Assembly (NCBI RefSeq): GCF_004010195.1
Contig: NC_057750.1
Span: 1,044,269-1,096,721 of the forward strand
DNA: 52,453 bases
Direction of reading: 5' to 3'
From: Chiloscyllium plagiosum
Lineage: Eukaryota
Shown here: in pieces, positions 47,994 through 52,453 of the stretch
Layout: each line of letters starts with the position of its first letter
Position numbering within the stretch: position 1 is the first letter of the stretch
The notes under the pieces: model-generated
The model's input: only the letters and a program-made list of their open reading frames with translations
What the model was told of the DNA's origin: nothing
The model's database searches: none
Position numbers and translations under genes: made by a program

Positions 47994-48511
47994 GTAAGTT
48001 AGAAATGGATGGTTGAATTCGGTGTCTGATGAATCTATATCAGCAATTTCATTCCGTCTTCATTACTTCCAGATGCTGAATGTGCTCCAACTGCATATAT
48101 TTCAATGTCACCAGTTTAATCAAATTCATTAATTTTATGTAAAAATACCTTCTCAACGGGATATAAATCACTTCCACAAAGTAATCTAAACAGCACTTTA
48201 AAAGCATCGACTATATTCAGCACGAAGTAGAGTCTGAAAACCTTAAGGCTTCCTTCAGTTATTGAACCTTTGCAATTCACAATCCTGTTCTAGTCTGCTG
48301 TGAATTATCCGTGACCTGGAGTTAGATTTTCCTGCAATAACTGCACAGAGGTCGGACTCCTGTCACCAAGTCTCCCCGTTGTTTACTTGTGCACAATATA
48401 CTTCCTATGACCAGCCAGCTCGGAGTCAGTCTCCTGAACGGAGGAGGTTCCAAATGCCTTGGTTGTATTTTTTTTTAGCCTCCATGTCATGTGTGTGCAG
48501 GTGAATGAACA

Positions 48512-48628
48512 ATGAGGGGGAAATAATGCACTCCACTCCCTGCGGCGCCCACCTCTCCCTGAACAGCGTAATGGTGTTGGTGGACACCACGTTCTCCTTC
48601 TCCAGGGACACTCGGGCTCAAACATATG
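48512..48628 (-). mobile_element. Tx1/L1-clade LINE ORF2 C-terminal fragment
   Basis: ARVSLEKENVVSTNTITLFRERWAPQGVECIISP resembles Tx1-type ORF2 ends (recognised from memory). Confidence 0.55.
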
Positions 48629-48640
48629 CCCTGATTGTAT

Positions 48641-48968
48641 TCATCAGGGCTTTCCTGATTCACCCAGGTTAATGATCCCTGTCAAGAACCTCATGAGCAA
48701 TAAGGTCCACCTGGTTCCAGTTGCTGCAGCTCCACTCAAGACGCACGGGTTGTACAGAAATACGGCTGTGTGGATATTGCAGACACCTTCTACCCTTCTT
48801 CATGGAGAACAACAACAACATATAATTGATGTAGCACCTTCATCAGGGCTTTCCTGATTCACCCAGGTTAATGATCCCTGTCAAGAACCTCATGAGCAAT
48901 AAGGTCCACCTGGTTCCAGTTGCTTCTTCATGGAGAACAACAACAACATATAATTGATGTAGCACCTT
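48641..48968. repeat. Recent tandem duplication of a 200-bp unit; second copy internally deleted
   Basis: 48640-48725 equals 48839-48924, and 48795-48840 equals 48923-48968. Confidence 0.92.
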
Positions 48969-49003
48969 TGACCTTTTTCAAGGCTCTTCAGAGCATTTAG
49001 CAA

Positions 49004-49080
49004 AGAGCATGTGACACCCCAGACACATGAGCATGTGACACCCCAGACACATGAGCATGTGACACCCCAGACACATGAGC
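49004..49080. repeat. 24-bp tandem repeat x3
   Basis: gagcatgtgacaccccagacacat in three perfect copies plus a partial one. Confidence 0.95.
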
Positions 49081-49538
49081 TGTCTAAACAGGTGACCAAA
49101 GGTTTGGTCGAGGTGTGAGGTTGTAAGGAGTGTCTAAAAGGATGATAGGTGGAGGGAGGGAGCTTTCAGAAGAGCATTCAAATCCTTGAGGCCTAAAGAG
49201 TTCAAGCCACAAGTTGCACAAGTTGATTGGTTAAAATTGGAGAGGTACTAGAGTCCAGGTGGAGAAGCACAGAGATCTCAGAGGGTCATAGGCAGGTTAC
49301 AAACTTGCTGATTTCTTTTAAACTTATAATCCACGGTAAGTCCTCCACTTGCTTTGTTCTGCTGTTCATAACTTCTCCAACCGTCCGACCATCCAGTCCT
49401 GCTATTTGTCACGTCCTCACCTCCACCTTCAAAGATAACTTCAAAACTAAACTCTTCCCCAGCCTCTGGGTGAGCCCCTGTATAGACTTCCACTATCTAA
49501 CCTCCAACTACCTCACTCAGTCCTATTACCATCATCAC

Positions 49539-49764
49539 TGGCACTGATTGGAATGAGGTCAGCCAGGTGGATCTCTCAGAATCTGAGTTCCCTGATTGGG
49601 GTTGTTAACCTGGTCCAATCAGGAAGCCCTGTTATAAACAGGAGTGTCAGCCATTCTGACAATCTGGGATTGACTCTGACGAGGCGTAACAGAATCAAGG
49701 ACACTCCGTGTGTAAATAAAGAGTGCCTTGGTGATGGGATACCAGCCTCTGTGGAGTCATTTAA
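49539..49764 (+). mobile_element. Solo LTR (~226 bp) with 4-bp TSD
   Basis: TG start, CCAAT, TATAAA and AATAAA; tcac occurs at 49535-49538 and 49765-49768. Confidence 0.7.
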
Positions 49765-49894
49765 TCACCGGCTCTAATATTTTTGAACCTAACATTTTTA
49801 ATTTTTTTTTGTTTTCTCCAACATGAGCATTGGACCCTGGCTAATACATTCAGATTATGAAAGTTTATACATTACTGTACTCTGCTTCGCTAAA

Positions 49895-50040
49895 GTCTTT
49901 TGGGAAGGAAACTGCCATCCTTACCTGGTCTGGCCTACATGTGACTCCAGACCCACAGCAATGAAGGTGAATTTTAACTGCCCTCTGGGCAATAAATGCT
50001 GGCCCAGCCAGCGACGCCCTCATCCAGTGAATGAATAACA
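49895..50040 (+). mobile_element. Old vertebrate SINE/LINE 3' region
   Basis: ggaaggaaactgccatccttacctggtctggcctacatgtgactccagacccacagcaatg...aataaatgctggcccagccagcgacgccc. Confidence 0.7.
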
Positions 50041-51144
50041 GAAATCATCCAGCACCATTTTAAATATGTCAACACTAATTTAATTTTTAACACAATAATT
50101 CGCAGATCATTTGTAACAACAGTCTCTAATTTCCATTTCACCATGAAAAGCCTGCCCTCCAGTTTGAGTTATGTTGCTATTGAATGGTGGGTGTCAGAAT
50201 GTAACAATTCATATCGGTCCTCAAAGTTTATGGATCCTATGTGCAAACTTGATGTTGACACAATCATTTGAATACCCAGATAATGCCATACAAATGGAAG
50301 GTCTGGCCTTGAATTTCCATGAAAGAAATTCCCAGCTCTCAATCAATTTTACAAAGAATGTGACAGAGAAAGGGTACTATAGCAAATGTTGATGTTGCTA
50401 CAAATAGCTGTCAATTGACCCAGACAGACCATGCTGAAGGAGTCTCTTCAAGGACCATCTGGTATCCCACCACAGGTACATGAAGTAATCGATAATGGAG
50501 GATCTGATGAAGAACAGATGATGCAGAGATTAATGAATCTTTCCTTCTCACAATCAGTCTCACAGAAACCATCAATGTCATCAAACTACCTGAAGTGTTA
50601 CAAATATTAAAACTATCTCTCCACAGAAAGCTGGTGGTTATTTTTATTGGATATGGTTGACATGGGGCAAGTGTTAATCTGTTAACTCCTGTGAATTTGT
50701 AAGAACATGTATGCACAGACATGACTTATCTTACCAATGTAAAACTTTCTGTATTCAGTGATCCCCCAGCTCTACATTCAGGAGCGAGAGTGAAACTCAA
50801 CTCTGCCCTAACATCACAAAAGTTCTACATCATAGAGACTGCTGGACCAGCTAGCCCAGCATGCTCTAACCTTGGCCTAGTCACAATCCATGGGTTCAGG
50901 TAGACTACAGAAGTAGAACAGAAACTGCAGTCAAGGAACACTTTCAGAACTGAAAAGAAAACAAGAATGTGAAATAATTTCCATCTGAACTTCAGCTCTC
51001 TGTTTTGGAGAGAAAATGAAAGTTTAAGAAGAAAAAAAATTGAATAACCAGTTAGGATAAATCCAAACTTGAGAGTAATACCTCAGAAATGATAAAGCCT
51101 TTAGAGGAAAAGAAGCAGAAATTGCTGGAAAAACACAGCATAGA

Positions 51145-51360
51145 GGCTCATAGGGTCATGTCGCATGGAAACAGACCCTTCAGCCCAACCAGTCCATGTC
51201 AATCATGTTCACAAATTAAACTAGTCCCATCTGCCTGCACTTGGCCCATATCCTTCCAAAACGTTCCGATTCATGGATCACCCAAATGTCTTTTAAACAT
51301 TGTAACTGTACCCACATCCACCACTTCCTCAGGAAGTCTATTCCACACATGAACCATTCT
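51145..51360 (-). mobile_element. CR1 3' UTR fragment
   Basis: gcatggaaacagacccttcagcccaaccagtccatg...cccaaatgtcttttaaa; same type as the 34300-34490 tail. Confidence 0.8.
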
Positions 51361-51365
51361 GTATT

Positions 51366-52453
51366 AGAATATAGAACACAGAACAATACAGCACAGATCA
51401 GGCCCTTCAGCCCTCGATGTTGTGCCGACCTGTGAACTAATCTAAACCCATCCCCCTACACTATCCCATCATCATCCATATGTTTATCCAAGGATTGTTT
51501 AAATCTCCCTAATGTGGCTGAGATAACTACATTAGCAGGCAGGGCATTCCACGCCCTTACCACTCTCTGAGTAAAGAAACTGCTTCTGACATCTGTCCTA
51601 AATCTATCACCCCTCAATTTGTTGCTATTAGATTAGATTAGATTACATTACAGTGTGGAAACAGGCCCTTCGGCCCAACAAGTCCACACCGACCCGCCGA
51701 AGCGCAACCCACCCATACATTTACCCCTTACCCCTTATGCCCCCTCATACAAGCAGATGTCATCATCCTCGGTAAAAAACATTCATTGTCCACCCTATCT
51801 AATCCTCTGATCGTCTTGTACGTCGATATTAAATCCCCTCTTAGCCTTCTTCTCTCCAATGAGAACAGACCCAAGTCCCTCAGCCTTTCCTCATAAGACC
51901 TTCCCTCCAGACCAGGCAACATCCTGGTAAACCTCCTCTGCACCTTTTCCAAAGTTTCCACATCCTTCCTGTAATGGGGCGACCACACTGTACACAATAT
52001 TCCAAGTGCGGCTGCACCAGCGTTTTGTATAATTGCAGCATGACATTACGGCTCCGCAACTCAATCCCTCTACCAATAAAAGCTAACACACTGTATGCCT
52101 TTTTAACAACCCTATCAACCTGGGTGGCATCTTTCAGGGATCTATGTACATGGACTCCAAGATCCCTCTGCACATCCACACTACCAAGAATCTTTCCATT
52201 GACCCAGTATTCTGCCTTCCTGTTATTCTTCCCAAAGTGAATCACCTCACATTTAGCTGCATTGAATTCCATTTGCCACCTCTCAGTCCAATTCTGCAGT
52301 TTATTCAAGTTCCCCCGCAACCTGTAACATTCTTCCTCACTGTCCACTACCCCACTGACTTTAGTGTCATCTGCAAATTTACTAACCCATCCACCTATGC
52401 CTGTGTCTAAGTCATTTATAAAAATGACAAACAGCAGTGGTCCCAAAACAGAT
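51366..52453 (-). mobile_element. CR1/HER1 LINE 3' half (same subfamily as 38528-40312), running off the window end
   Basis: FINDLDTGIGGWVSKFADDTKV, WQMEFNAAKCEVIHFG and LEKVQRRFTRMLPGLEG. Confidence 0.97.
51628..51737 (-). mobile_element. Young HE1 SINE 3' tail nested in the CR1
   Basis: (ttaga)3-ttacattacagtgtggaaacaggcccttcggccc... The host reads through as ttgcta|tgccccctc; near-identical to the tail at 24282-24367. Confidence 0.9.

Noticed and set aside
50431..50610. Short ORF MLKESLQGPSGIPPQ...
   Set aside because: No recognisable domain or splice context.

Overview
Repeat-dense, gene-poor vertebrate genomic DNA. The repeat complement points to a cartilaginous fish (shark): HE1/V-SINEs, CR1/HER1-type LINEs, Deu-domain SINEs, Penelope-like elements (PLEs), Rex1/Babar and Tx1 remnants, and solo LTRs. 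I recognise no intact host protein-coding gene. The ORF track is explained by decayed retroelements, tandem repeats and two N gaps, and only a few weak candidate exons remain. Four things stand out. (1) At least seven PLE-derived insertions, mostly 100-260 bp, sit between 9-15 bp direct repeats (target-site duplications, TSDs) and carry minimal hammerhead-ribozyme cores (CUGANGA-stem II-GAAA-nn-UH); several fold back as inverted repeats, and one 1.3-kb copy retains a GIY-YIG endonuclease remnant. (2) A near-perfect ~2.6-kb palindrome (24368-26984) carries a second 174-bp hairpin in each arm. (3) Several minisatellites arose inside retroelements. (4) A tiny poly(A)-tailed hairpin retro-insertion has a perfect 14-bp TSD. 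Family names come from recognising motifs by eye, not from database searches, and boundaries of decayed elements are approximate.
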